Source: Octopus sinensis
Taxonomy: Eukaryota
Length of the DNA: 64,000 nucleotides
Direction of reading: 5' to 3'
NCBI RefSeq assembly: GCF_006345805.1
Contig: NC_042999.1
Coordinates: 12,834,001-12,898,000 of the forward strand
Below the pieces are notes generated by a model. That model searched no databases. It had not been told where the DNA came from and worked only from the letters and a program-made list of their open reading frames with translations. A program made the position numbers and the translations under genes. Below are positions 53,730-64,000 of this stretch, piece by piece; positions within the stretch are counted from its first letter, which is position 1, and every line of letters starts with the position of its first letter.

Positions 53730-54182
53730 CTAAAACAGACAATTTCATTGGATCTAAAACTTAAATCAAAACTTTATAATATATAGTCCAACCCATGCTA
53801 GCATGGAAGGCGGACGCTAAACGATGATGATAATGATGATGATAGCTAAATCAGAGCTTTCCAAACATGTTATATGAGTAACACACTTTTAAATAAAGTT
53901 TTCATGACATTGTGTTTGGTGCAGGCATGGCTGTGTGCACTTTTGAGTTCAGCCCCACTGCATGGCACTTTTGGTAAGTCTTTTGCCAAAGCCACTGGTT
54001 GATCAAAGCCTTGTGAGTGGATCAGGCAGATGGAAACTGAAAGAAGACTATTATATATGTATGTACATGTGTGTGTGTGTCCTATGTACATATGTATGTG
54101 TGCTGACATTGTATGATAGTTGTAAACAAATAATATCAGTATTTACATTAGACGGATATTTGTCCTCATCTTGTTTGTTGTT

Positions 54183-54233
54183 AACACAACGTTTCAACTG
54201 ATATACCCCCCCACCAGCCTTCATCAGGTGTCT
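54183..54233 (-). ncRNA. Minimal type I hammerhead motif, family 1 (best-preserved copy)
   Basis: Minus strand AGACAC-CTGATGA-A-GGCTG(gtgggggggtatat)CAGTT-GAAACGTT-GTGTT, with stem I GACAC/GTGTT and palindromic stem III. Confidence 0.75.
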
Positions 54234-54280
54234 TAGGAACATTTCAAACCTGGGTTCTCATTCCTAAGGTATTTTTCAAT

Positions 54281-56611
54281 CATCATCATCATCGTTTAAC
54301 GTCCGCTTTCCATGCTAGCATGGGTTGGATGGTTCAACTGGGGTCTGGGAAGCCAGAAGGCTGCACCAGGCCCAGGTTGATCTGGCAGAGTTTCTACAGC
54401 TGGATGCCCTTCCTAACGCCAACCACTCCGTGAGTATAGTGGGTGCTTTTTACGTGCCAGACGAGGCTGGCAAACGGCCATGATCGGATGGTGCTTTTTA
54501 CGTGCCACCGGCACGGAGGCCAGTCAGGCTGGCGCTGGCTACGGCCACGTTCGGATGGTTCTCTTACGTGCCACCGGCACTAGTATCACAGCTACAAATT
54601 CCATTGATGTTGATCGATTTCGATTTTGATTCTGATTCTCACTTGCCTCAATGGGTCTTCACAAGTAGAGTTTTGTGTCCCAAGAAGGAAAGGTATGCAT
54701 AAGTGGACTGGCTACATCCCAGGTAGAGGCCACGGGTTATGGCCTCACTTGTCCTGCCAGGTCTTCTCACGCACAGCATACTTCCAAAGGTCTCGGTCTC
54801 TAGTCATTTCCTCAGTGAGACCTAAAGTTCGAAGGTCGTGCTTCACCACTTCATCCCAGGTCTTCCTGGGTCTACCTCTTCCACAGGTTCCCTCAACGGC
54901 TAGGGCGTGGCACTTTTTCACACAGCTATCTTCATCCATTCTCGCCACATGACCATACAAGTGCAAACGTCTCTCTTGCACACCACAACTGATGCTTCTT
55001 AGGTCCAACTTTTCTCTCAAGGTACTTACACTCTGTCGAGTATGAACACTGACATTACATATCCATCGGAGCATACTGGCTTCATTTCTTGCAAGCTTAC
55101 GCATATCCTCAGCAGTCATGGCCCATGTTTCACTGCCATGTAGCATGGCTGTTCGTACACATGCGTCATACAGTCTGCCTTTTACTCTGAGCGAGAGGCC
55201 TTTTGTCACCAGCAGAGGTAAGAGCTCTCTGAACTTTGCCCAAGCTATTCTTACTCTAGCAGTTACACTTTCAGCACACCCTCACCCGCTACTGACTTGG
55301 TCACCTAGGTAACGGAAGCTATTCAACTATTTCTAGTTTTTCTCCCTGGAATGTGGCGGAAGATGATCTCTGCGTATTTTCAGTGTTTATTGCTCCTGAG
55401 CATCTGCCACATACAAACACTATCTTCCTAGTTAGCCTTCCTTTGACATTGCTGCATATCTTATGTGTCCATAGCTTACACTTGGTGCATCTTATAGAGT
55501 TTCTACCTATGCCTTTTCTACAGATCGAGCAGGACCATCTACCTGAAGGCATTTGTGATTTGTCTACCTTCCTACTTATTAGGACTTTGGTTTTAGCTAG
55601 GTTGGCTCTAAGGCCCTTCGATTCTAATCCTTGCTTCTACACCTGAAACTTCTCCTCCAGTTCTGATAGTGACTCAGCAATTAGAGCAAGGTCATCAGCA
55701 TAGAGGAGCTCCCAGGGGCATCCTGTCTCGAATTCCTCCATTATTGCCTGGAGGACTATGATAAATAGGAGGGGGCTGAGGACTGAACCTTGGTGGACCC
55801 CAACCTCTACCCAGAATTCTTCACTGTACTCGTTGCCAACCCTCACCTTACTTACAGCGTCCCTGTACATGGCTCGCACAGCTCTCACTAGCCATTCATC
55901 TATCCCTAGTTTCCTCATTGACCTCCAGATAAGGGATCGGGGGACCCTGTCAAAGGCTCTCTCCATGTCAACGAAAGCCAGATACAGAGGTTTATCTTTG
56001 GTTAGGTATTTCTCCTGCAGCTGTCTCACCAGGAATATGGCATCAGTGGTGCTTTACCCTGGCACGAAACCAAACTGCATCTCGTCCAAGTTGACTCTCT
56101 CCCTAATCAATTGGGCTATGACCCTCTCCGTAACCTTCATTGCCTGATCTAACAGCTTGATACCTCTGTAATTATTTGTATCTAGGGCGTCACCTTTACC
56201 TGTGTAGCAGTTGGCTATTATGCTGCCACACCAGTCATTGGGTATGACTCCTTCGTGTATCACCTGGTTGACTATACGGGTGACTAGGCTATATCCGACA
56301 CTGCCAGATATTTTGAGCATCTCTGCAGTAATTCCTGATGGGCCTGGGGCTTTCCCTGTCTTCATGCTTCTAATTGCCTCAACTACTAAAGAACTGTCAA
56401 CTCGGATAGCTGGTCCCTCAGTTGGGTCGACATTTGACAGACTCTTTATCCCATTCATTTTCTGGTCAGTGGCTTTCAGCAGGTTGTCCCTTAGGAGCGT
56501 CCAGTTGTCTTCTACCCCATGTATAGCTATACTCCCTTCTATTTCGTCAAAGGCTTCAAGTAACATGTCTCTAAATCTCTGTCCATTTAAGCTTCTTTAA
56601 GCTTCAGGATC
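54281..56611 (-). mobile_element. 5-prime truncated RTE-clade LINE with complete 3-prime UTR and (GAT)n tail
   Basis: ORF pieces NNYRGIKLL, QFGFVPG, AFVDMERAFDRVPR, GVHQGSVLSPLLF, LLYADDLAL, a Cys-rich insert, KGRLYDACVR and GRGRPRKTW. Tail at 54281-54293. Probable TSD tttcaat at 54274-54280 and 56612-56618. Confidence 0.92.
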
Positions 56612-56728
56612 TTTCAATGTTGTTATTATTATTATTATTATTATGGTCACTGCTTGGAATCGAATCTGAATAATAATAACATAGAAAAATACCTTATGAA
56701 TGAGAACGCAGGTTCGAAATTTCCCCAA

Positions 56729-56774
56729 AACACCTGATGAAGGCTGGAGGGTATATCAGCTGAAACATTGTGTT
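56729..56774 (+). ncRNA. Minimal hammerhead motif, family 1 (CpG-decayed)
   Basis: AACAC-CTGATGA-A-GGCTG(gagggtatat)CAGCT-GAAACATT-GTGTT. Confidence 0.65.
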
Positions 56775-57549
56775 AACAACAAACAAGATGAGGACAAATA
56801 TGTCAAATGTAAATAATGTAGATAATTCCTTATCTCTTAAATATAGAACTGTAAATAATATCAGTGTCATACAAGGGGTAAGGCAGGGCATTAATTTACA
56901 ATCTTCCACGGAAATCTTATTTGAATATAGACGAGGGTTGGTGACAGGAAGGGCAACATGGAAAATTTGCTTCAACAAATTCCGTCTGACCCATGCAAAC
57001 ATGGAGCAGTGGATGTTAAAACAATGATGATGATGTTATTAAATAAGAGGGAACAATTAATTAAGATTTTTTCTTTTTTTCTTTAACTGAACTCAGATCT
57101 GATTAAATGTCTTTCCCTAGATCAATACATCACCATTATTGTCATTTTAATGTCCACTTTTCCATGCTAGCACGAGTCAGACAGAATTTGTTGAGGTAGA
57201 TTTTTCTAAGGCCAGATGTCCTTCCTGTTGTCAACTGCCGCCTGTTTCCAAGCAAGGTAATATTTTCCCTTGGCTGATCAAGTTTTTTTTTTTTTTAACA
57301 AAAGACTGGAAACAAACAACACTGTTTATATGATGGTGATGGTCATTTACAAGTATCAAATGATGTCAAGACAAAGCTACATACAAACACACACACATAC
57401 ATCAAATATGATGGGCTTCTTTTAGTTTCCATCTATCAAATCTACTCACAAGACTTTGGTCAGCCTGAAGCTATAGCAGAAGACACTTTCCTAAGGTGCC
57501 ACACAGTGGCACTAATTTAAAAAAAGAAAAGAAAGAAAAATAATAAATA

Positions 57550-57707
57550 ACAGGAGTGGGTGTGTGGTAAGTAGCTTGCTTACCAACTACATGGTTCCCA
57601 GTTCAGTCCCACTGTGTGGCACCTTGGGCAAGTGTCTTCTACTATAGCCTCAGCTCAACCAAAGCCTTGTGAGTGGATTTGGTAGATGGAAACTAAAAGA
57701 AGCCTGT

Positions 57708-57744
<37 letters not shown>

Positions 57745-57975
57745 TTGTGTGTGTGTATATGTGTGTGTGCGTGTGTGTGTGTGTCTGTGCTTGTCGCCCC
57801 AACATTGCTTGGCCACCAATGCTGGTGTGTTTACATCTCCATAACATAACGGTTCGGAAAAAGAGACCAATAGAATAAGTACTAGGGTTATAAAGAATAA
57901 GTCCTGTGGTCGATTTGCTCAACTAAAAGCAGTGCTCCAGCATGGCCACAGTGAAATGACTGAAAAGAATAAAAG
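57550..57975 (+). mobile_element. tRNA-derived SINE, family B, with an internal (GT)n
   Basis: gtgtggtaagtagcttgc...gttcagtcccactg...ccttgggcaagtgtcttc...gccttgtgagtggatttggtagatggaaact. Inverted full copy at about 10340-10715; partial copies near 23060, 29900, 34130, 41310, 46680, 53900, 57410 and 62270. Confidence 0.75.
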
Positions 57976-58037
57976 AAAAAGAACAGCAAAATTGTGTAGG
58001 TTTTTTTCATCCTTTAATAAACGTGAAATGAACTCAC

Positions 58038-58224
58038 TTTTGATTTTTGGGTTCAGTATTTAAAAGATTTTCTTGAAGTTGAGGGAATCTACCATTGATG
58101 CCATAAGTGAGCGTATGAAATCCATCTTTTTGTTTACTTAACGACTGAAGTAGTTGCTCATCAGGTAAATGAGGTTTTTGTGCAGCTAAATCAATGAAAG
58201 AAGCCCTTTTCTCAAGATACGGTT
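58038..58224 (-). CDS. DENND5: DENND5 coding exon, post-dDENN linker: (E)PYLEKRASFIDLAAQKPHLPDEQLLQSLSKQKDGFHTLTYGINGRFPQLQENLLNTEPKNQ(K)
   Basis: Acceptor ttttttttcag and donor AA|gtgagt; 187 nt, phase 1 to 2, open frame. Resembles human DENND5A [21 protein letters not shown]...GFFPKLQSDVLSTGPASNK (recalled, not aligned computationally). Joins the 53.7 kb exon in frame. Confidence 0.85.
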
Positions 58225-59731
58225 CTGAAAAAAAAACAACAAAGAAAAGAACATTAGAAAAGGTATTAATGGAATGTTAATAAATAGACAAAATAGGGGA
58301 GGAAAAAAGGTGCCTTTCATGATCATTTGACTTACTAGAAATAACAGCCAAATTCTATTCTACCAGCTTAAAATTTGAAGAACACATTAGATAACACAAT
58401 CTGCAAAACATCACTTGAAATAAAGCTAGGAAGTCATGGTTGGAAGACCTTTCATCAAATCTGCTCCTCATTCAGAGGTCATTCAGAGCTAAACAACAAA
58501 TTCTAAAGGAAGTCTCTATGCAGTTATTTGACCTGAAAGAAATAGTAGCTAAACCTCTCTTAAAAAATTATACCACTGCATCTTAAAAAGAAGAAGACAG
58601 GTTGAAATATGTAATGCTAGACATAGCAGCCAGAATAAAAAAAGAAAAAAACAGAAATGATGTTTATAGCTGGAATCCATTTAATCATAAGTCAATGGAT
58701 GGCCTGCAGTTAAAGAAGAAGAAGAACACCAACACTGGATTAGAAGATAAGAGAGAGATAAAGATGGAAGAAGTTCTGGGAACTGATTGGCATATTAATG
58801 AAGAAGCAAGTGTTACTGAAACTGAAGAGGAAATTGTAAGCTGCAATGTGTGATAAGAGCTTTAATTTAAAGAGATGAGCGATGAACACAGGGTACGAGA
58901 GAAGGTTGAAAAGAATGGAAGCAAGACTGGTTCATTGGATGAATGGGATGAATGAGAGAGAGTCTGCTGTGAATGATGGGAATGATGGAGAAAAAAAGAG
59001 TCAGTGGGGAATTCCAACTACATTTTGTGGTTCACTACCTCAACAGCTCCTTTATAGGATCCAGGAGGAACCACATCTAGTTTTGACCCCTACTCCTCTA
59101 CTGTTTTCGATGTGGCGCCCTGCCCACTTTCGGAGGTGTCTTCAGCTCTGGTGTTGAGTGCGTTTCTTCTTTCTCCTTTTTCTTTTGTTTTTTGATTTCT
59201 TCAATGCAGCATCAATGAATGTTAGCCGGCGAATGACCATCCTGCCAAATTTCCCTTTAAATACTCACCAGGAGGCTCCAGCAGCCAGCACCAGCTGTCA
59301 TGTGACACTATCTAAGCTTCAACCAACCAATGGAGGAGAAGAGCACATAGTTTTAGTCTGCGCCCTCTCTAAACCTGCCTTCCAACAGCGTTGAGTTAGT
59401 TTTAGTTCCAGCAGCCAGAGCTGACCAGCTGTTTGGGGGTACAAGCCTTGGCCCACCTCTCAATCAGCAATGCTGCTTAAGTGTCAGCCAACCTCACCTA
59501 GATGCTATTTCCCAGTCAGCATGTTATGGCTTTCAAGTCATTTTGGGTCTTCTCATTTCAGCCATATATAGAAGCTGGCTTTGTCAACTGCCTTCTGTAG
59601 GTTCCCTTTTTACTTTTCTCAGCTCTGAGCTTCAAAATGCAAACCTTCTTTTAAATACAGTTCTATATTTAAGAGATGAGGAATTATTTACACTATTTAC
59701 ATTTGAGAGATATTTGTCTTATTTTGTTGTT

Positions 59732-59778
59732 AACACAATGTTTTCGGCTGATATACCCTCCAGCCTTCATCAGGTGTC
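59732..59778 (-). ncRNA. Minimal hammerhead motif, family 1
   Basis: Minus strand GACAC-CTGATGA-A-GGCTG(gagggtatat)CAGCC-GAAAACATT-GTGTT. Confidence 0.6.
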
Positions 59779-59846
59779 TAGGGGAAATTTTGAACCTGGG
59801 TTCTCATTCCTAAGGTATCTTTCAATATTATTATTATTATTATTCA

Positions 59847-59913
59847 GGTCACTGCCTGGAATCAAACTTGGAATCTTGGGGTTAGTAGCCTGCGCTCTTA
59901 ACCTCTACACCAT
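59847..59913 (-). promoter_or_regulatory. tRNA-derived head (Pol III A and B boxes) of the foldback element
   Basis: Minus strand ATGGTGTAGAGGTTAAGAGCGCAGGCTACTAACCCCAAGATTCCAAGTTTGATTCCAGGCAGTGACC. A-box-like TGGTGTAGAGG and B-box-like AGTTTGATTCC; the second copy at 56645-56664 keeps TTCGATTCC. Confidence 0.6.
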
Positions 59914-59966
59914 AATAACATCGAAAAATACCTTAGGAATGAGAACCCGGGCTTGAAATTTTCCCA

Positions 59967-60013
59967 GAATACCTGATGAAGGCTGGAGGGTATATCAGCC
60001 AAAGCTTTATGTT
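59967..60013 (+). ncRNA. Degenerate hammerhead motif, family 1
   Basis: AATAC-CTGATGA-A-GGCTG(gagggtatat)CAGCC-AAAGCTTT-ATGTT; the GAAA box is damaged. Confidence 0.45.
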
Positions 60014-60059
60014 AACAACAAACAAGATGAGGACAAATATCTGTCAAATGTAAATAATG

Positions 60060-60720
60060 CTGCCATTTTCCTTTCAATGGAGCCTCTAGTCTCCACTGCC
60101 AGGTGGTAATACTTGACAGTCCAGTCCTATTCTCCACACTCTTCGATTAATCTCTCGTACCTCTTCTCCTTCTGCTGCTCTGCATTAGCAATGTTCTCTT
60201 CCCATGGCACTGTCAGCTCTAGCAAATTTCCAATTCTCCGTTCTGTGTTCCATAGGATTAAATCCGGTCTGTTGTTTTTATGAGTGGAAATATTAACAGT
60301 CTTTCCAAATCCACAGCCAGGTCCCAGTGTTCATTCCATCTTTTGTCTGTCTCGTATACTTCGTTTGAAGGCCTGGCCTTATGTCCTTTTCCCTCCTTCT
60401 AGAAGTATATTTTTCCATGCTTTTCCACTTTTGGGTAATTTCCCTTATTGTATCTCTCATTCTTCTCCTTGAGTGCTGCGTTTATGACGCCGAGGACTTG
60501 ATTGTGACACCATGTGTATCTATCTAGTGCTAGCCTGCAGTTTGACAGAACATGTCTCACAATTGCTTTCTCTCTGCATCTACATTCAGCAGTTGTTTGT
60601 ATGTTCCACCAGACTAAATTTGCTGGTGCAGGTAAAACTTCAAACGTAGACTTGATCAGGAAGGATGTTCTTGCTTGTTCCCGAGCCCAAGAGCCAGTGA
60701 TAGCTGTTGGGAAGAGAAAC
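60060..60720 (-). mobile_element. HERO-like (R2 superfamily) retrotransposon 3-prime fragment
   Basis: LAPANLVWW..CRCREKAIVRHVLSNCRLALDRYTWCHNQVL and RPDLILW..LLELTVPWEEN..KEKRYERL: zinc knuckle plus REL endonuclease. Clade assignment is inferred. Confidence 0.75.
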
Positions 60721-61149
60721 AGGATGTGGGGACTGTAGACGGATGAAAGTGAGTAGGTCAGGGTAAGAGGGGTGGTTAAAATGAACAAGGAAGAGGAAGA
60801 CTGAGAAAGATCTGGTTAAGGACGATGGAGGAAGACAATACATTGGTGAGAACAGAGCAAAATGGGGGAGACTGTCATGAGGCAGACAAGGCCAGCCCCT
60901 AGTTTAGCAGAGAAAATGACCTTAAAACACTTGCACATGAAAGCAGTTGCCACAAAGATAGTAGTGAGTACAAAAAGCAATATATGGGGGTCATATAACC
61001 AATGGGGACAAACAGTAACAATGGCCAAGAATGGATTATAAAGGATGTTTTGCAAACAACTTGCACATGCAAGTGCTACCAGTCAAAAGCTCTGCATACC
61101 AGAAGCCAACAAGTGTATGGGGTCATCAGGAGAGAATGCATGCCGTTTT

Positions 61150-61340
61150 GGGGCCTACTTCTCAATGGTATCATTGTGCACTGGACCCCCTCACTAAAAT
61201 GAGGCCCTACTTGATAAATCAACTGGTTATCAGATATTCTTCCAGCCATCGCTCATCATCTCTTTCTAACCAAATCCAGCGGCTTGCCTTTTCCATTGTA
61301 GTTTGGATAACACTCATGGTGGCATTTACTTTATGATGTA
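61150..61340 (-). mobile_element. HERO-like C-terminal fragment
   Basis: Minus-strand translation VIQTTMEKASRWIWLERDDERW. Confidence 0.55.
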
Positions 61341-61875
61341 TTAGGCCTAAGAACAGTCACCTCACACTGTGTCCAATGAATCCTCTACATCCAAATACAA
61401 TTGGAAAATGCTTTGTTTTCCAGCCCATGTCTTTATGTTTCTTGAAATTGGGAGCCCTTGGACATTCACAAATTACTGTTGTTTTTGATGTTTAGGCCCA
61501 GGTTGACCCTAATCTTGCAGGTGTATGGTCTAAAGCATTCCAGCTGTATCCATCAAGCTTTTTTTACATGATATGGTTTCAATGTTATTTAGCTGCTATG
61601 ACTAGCAGATCAAGCAACGGCACAGAGTCTTCCACATTGATTCATGCACTTTAAAGTTTCAAAATTACGCGTACATGCATTTTCAGTAAACACAAAGAAA
61701 ATGCTTATTTTAAAAAAAAACCGCTACAGACACAGACACACACAAAACGAGGAAAGAGAGAATATTGTACAGAAGGCTATAGTTTCACCTGAAGATTGTA
61801 TAGGTGTGAAACTCAAGTCACGTGACAACTTCTCAGCTTCAGTTTCCATGAATAAAAAAAAAACTGTGTGTGTGC

Positions 61876-61966
<91 letters not shown>

Positions 61967-63289
61967 TGAAATAATTAGAGATTAGAAGAGGTAATATGGA
62001 TATTAGGATTAAGACAACATAATTCAATATTAACAAATTTGTTTCAGGTAAGACAAAAATAAATAATTAAGTAGAACTAATCTGTTAGAGAGGAGAAAAT
62101 CGTTTTTTATTTAACAAACGAATCTTAATTATAAAATAATGCGTTTCTAATTTAAGCTGAAGGGCAGCAATTTTTAGAAGAGAGGGTTAGATGATAACAT
62201 TGATCCCAGTACTTGATTGGTACTTTAATTTTATCAACCCTCAAAGGACGAAAGGCAAAGTTGACCTCAGCTGTGTGATTAAAGGGCTTGCTTTGCAACC
62301 ATGTGGTTTCTGCTTCAATCTCACTGCATGCCACCTTGGGCAAGCATCTATTAAAGCCTCAGGCCAACCAATGCCTTGTGGGAGAATTTAATACACAGAA
62401 GCTGTGTGTAAACTATGTGTATGTGTGAGTGCGTTTTTGTGTATTTGTCCCCACCCCTACCACATTACATAATTCCCATAATTTAACAGTTTAGCAAAGG
62501 AAACAGGTAGGATAAAAACCTGGCTTAAGGAAAGTACTGATCTGTAAGATTAGAACTCTTCAAGGTGGTGCTCCAGCTTGGCCTCAGTACAATGACTCAA
62601 ACAAGTAAAAGATAAAAGCTTCTTTTCTACTCTAGACACAAGGCCTGAAATTTTGGGGGAAGGGGCCAGTCAATCAGATTGATCCCCTCATATGCAACTG
62701 GTACTTAATTTATTGACCCCAAAATGATGATAGGCAAAGTTGACCTTGGTGAAATTTGAACTCAGAACGTAGAAGACAGACAAAATACCACTAAGCATTT
62801 CACCTGTCATGCTAACATTTCTGCCAGCTCAGCTAATCTCATTGAAGTAATTAAAAACAGATCTTTTGAAGCAGAGTATCTCAGTAACATTCATCTTATC
62901 ATAGAGAACAAGTTCTACATCACTCTGAACCATTTTGATACCAACTCACTTCAAACTGTCCCTGGTTCTTTGATGCAAACTTTCCTGCTTTAAAGTAATC
63001 TAAATTAAAACCTTCCATTAAAATGTCTTGTTATGTTCTAAACACCATTTAAATATTCCTACAATTCTTGCTAATTTTGGCACAAGATCAACAGTTTTTA
63101 GCAGAGGGCTAAGTCAATCACATCAACCTGACTACTTGACTGTAGCCACTTCAACAATCCTTTAGCATTCAGATTATTGTCAAATGCAAATTTATTCACA
63201 TTGTTTTCAGTTAATCATGCATTGGGCAATAAACTGCACCTGCAAACACCTGTTGAGTCAATAGAAGTCATTGTCATGGCCGATGACAG

Positions 63290-63812
63290 TACCGCCTGAC
63301 TGGTACCCATGCCGATGGCATGTAAAAAGCACCATGCATGTGTGGTTGTGCCAGTACAGTCTGACTGGTCCTGTGCCAGTAGCACATAGAAAGTACCAAT
63401 CAAGCGTGATCATTACCAGTGCTACCTAACGGGCTCCCATGCTGGTGGCATGTAAAAAGCATCATTCGAGCATGGTCAATGCCAGTACTGCCTGACTGGT
63501 CCTGTGCCGGTGACATGTAAAAGTACCATTCAAGCGTGATTGTTACCAGTGCTGCCCGACTGGCTCCCATGCCAGTGGCACATAAAAAGTACCATTCAAG
63601 TGTGGTCGATGCCAGTGCAGCCTGACTGGCCCTCGTGTCGGTGGCACATAAAAAGCACCCACTACACTCTCGGAGTAGTTGGTGTTAGGAAAGGCATCCA
63701 GCTGTAGAAACTTTACCAGATCAGATTGGAGCCTTCTGGCTTGCCAGCCCTCAGTCAAATCATCCAACCGATGCCAGCATGGAAAGCGGATGTTAAACAA
63801 CAACGATGATGA
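63290..63812 (+). repeat. RTE-tail element of another subfamily with diverged internal tandem units
   Basis: Repeated gtgccagtggcacataaaaagtaccattcaagcgtgat-type units, then the shared tail. Confidence 0.75.
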
Positions 63813-64000
63813 TACATTATCTTGTAGCTATGAGATTTTGATGATATGATTGTTTATTTTTAGAATGAGACTGTAGGGTAAGAGTAAGAAGTTGGATCTG
63901 ACTGGTTTGGACATAAAACAGGCAGAGTATTGGGGCCAGACACCATTTTCATAATAAAAGGTTATTTTATTGAATTCTTCATTATCTTCAAAACTAATTG

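Larger units (their letters stand above)
54135..56852. repeat. Foldback element A (same family as B), split by the RTE LINE
   Basis: Left arm 54135-54280 (-) resumes at 56612 after the RTE, followed by a tRNA remnant at 56645-56664 and the right arm at about 56665-56852 (+). Confidence 0.75.
59657..60059. repeat. Foldback element B: head-to-head arms with a tRNA-like centre
   Basis: 59657-59845 is the reverse complement of the unit that starts at 59912 (aataacatcgaaaaataccttaggaatgagaacc...ctgatgaaggctgg...gtaaataatg). Confidence 0.8.

Noticed and set aside
59847-59913. Possible tRNA gene
   Set aside because: The acceptor and anticodon stems do not pair properly and it is fused to a repeat arm, so it is treated as a tRNA-derived head.

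Overview
This is AT-rich eukaryotic genomic DNA, most likely an octopus or other coleoid cephalopod. That assignment is inferred from the repeat families and microsatellite load, not from a database match. The window is almost entirely intronic sequence of a minus-strand DENND5 (RAB6IP1-family, DENN-RUN-PLAT-RUN) gene. Five well-supported coding exons (58038-58224, 53639-53729, 35133-35258, 29587-29739, 14223-14319) and a probable 33-nt exon (13453-13485) splice in frame and encode the region from after dDENN into RUN1. The introns contain a near full-length R4/Dong retrotransposon in a (TAA)n tract, RTE, CR1/L2 and HERO-like LINE fragments, three Tc1/mariner elements, MITEs, tRNA-derived SINEs, RTE-tail repeats, long TA/CATA microsatellites and one 100-N gap. 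The most notable non-standard signal is a set of minimal hammerhead ribozyme motifs of the Penelope type from at least three sequence families. Two foldback elements pair a tRNA-like Pol III head with a hammerhead-containing arm. Several other long inverted repeats would fold the pre-mRNA into dsRNA. No CRISPR, rRNA or bona fide tRNA gene is supported.
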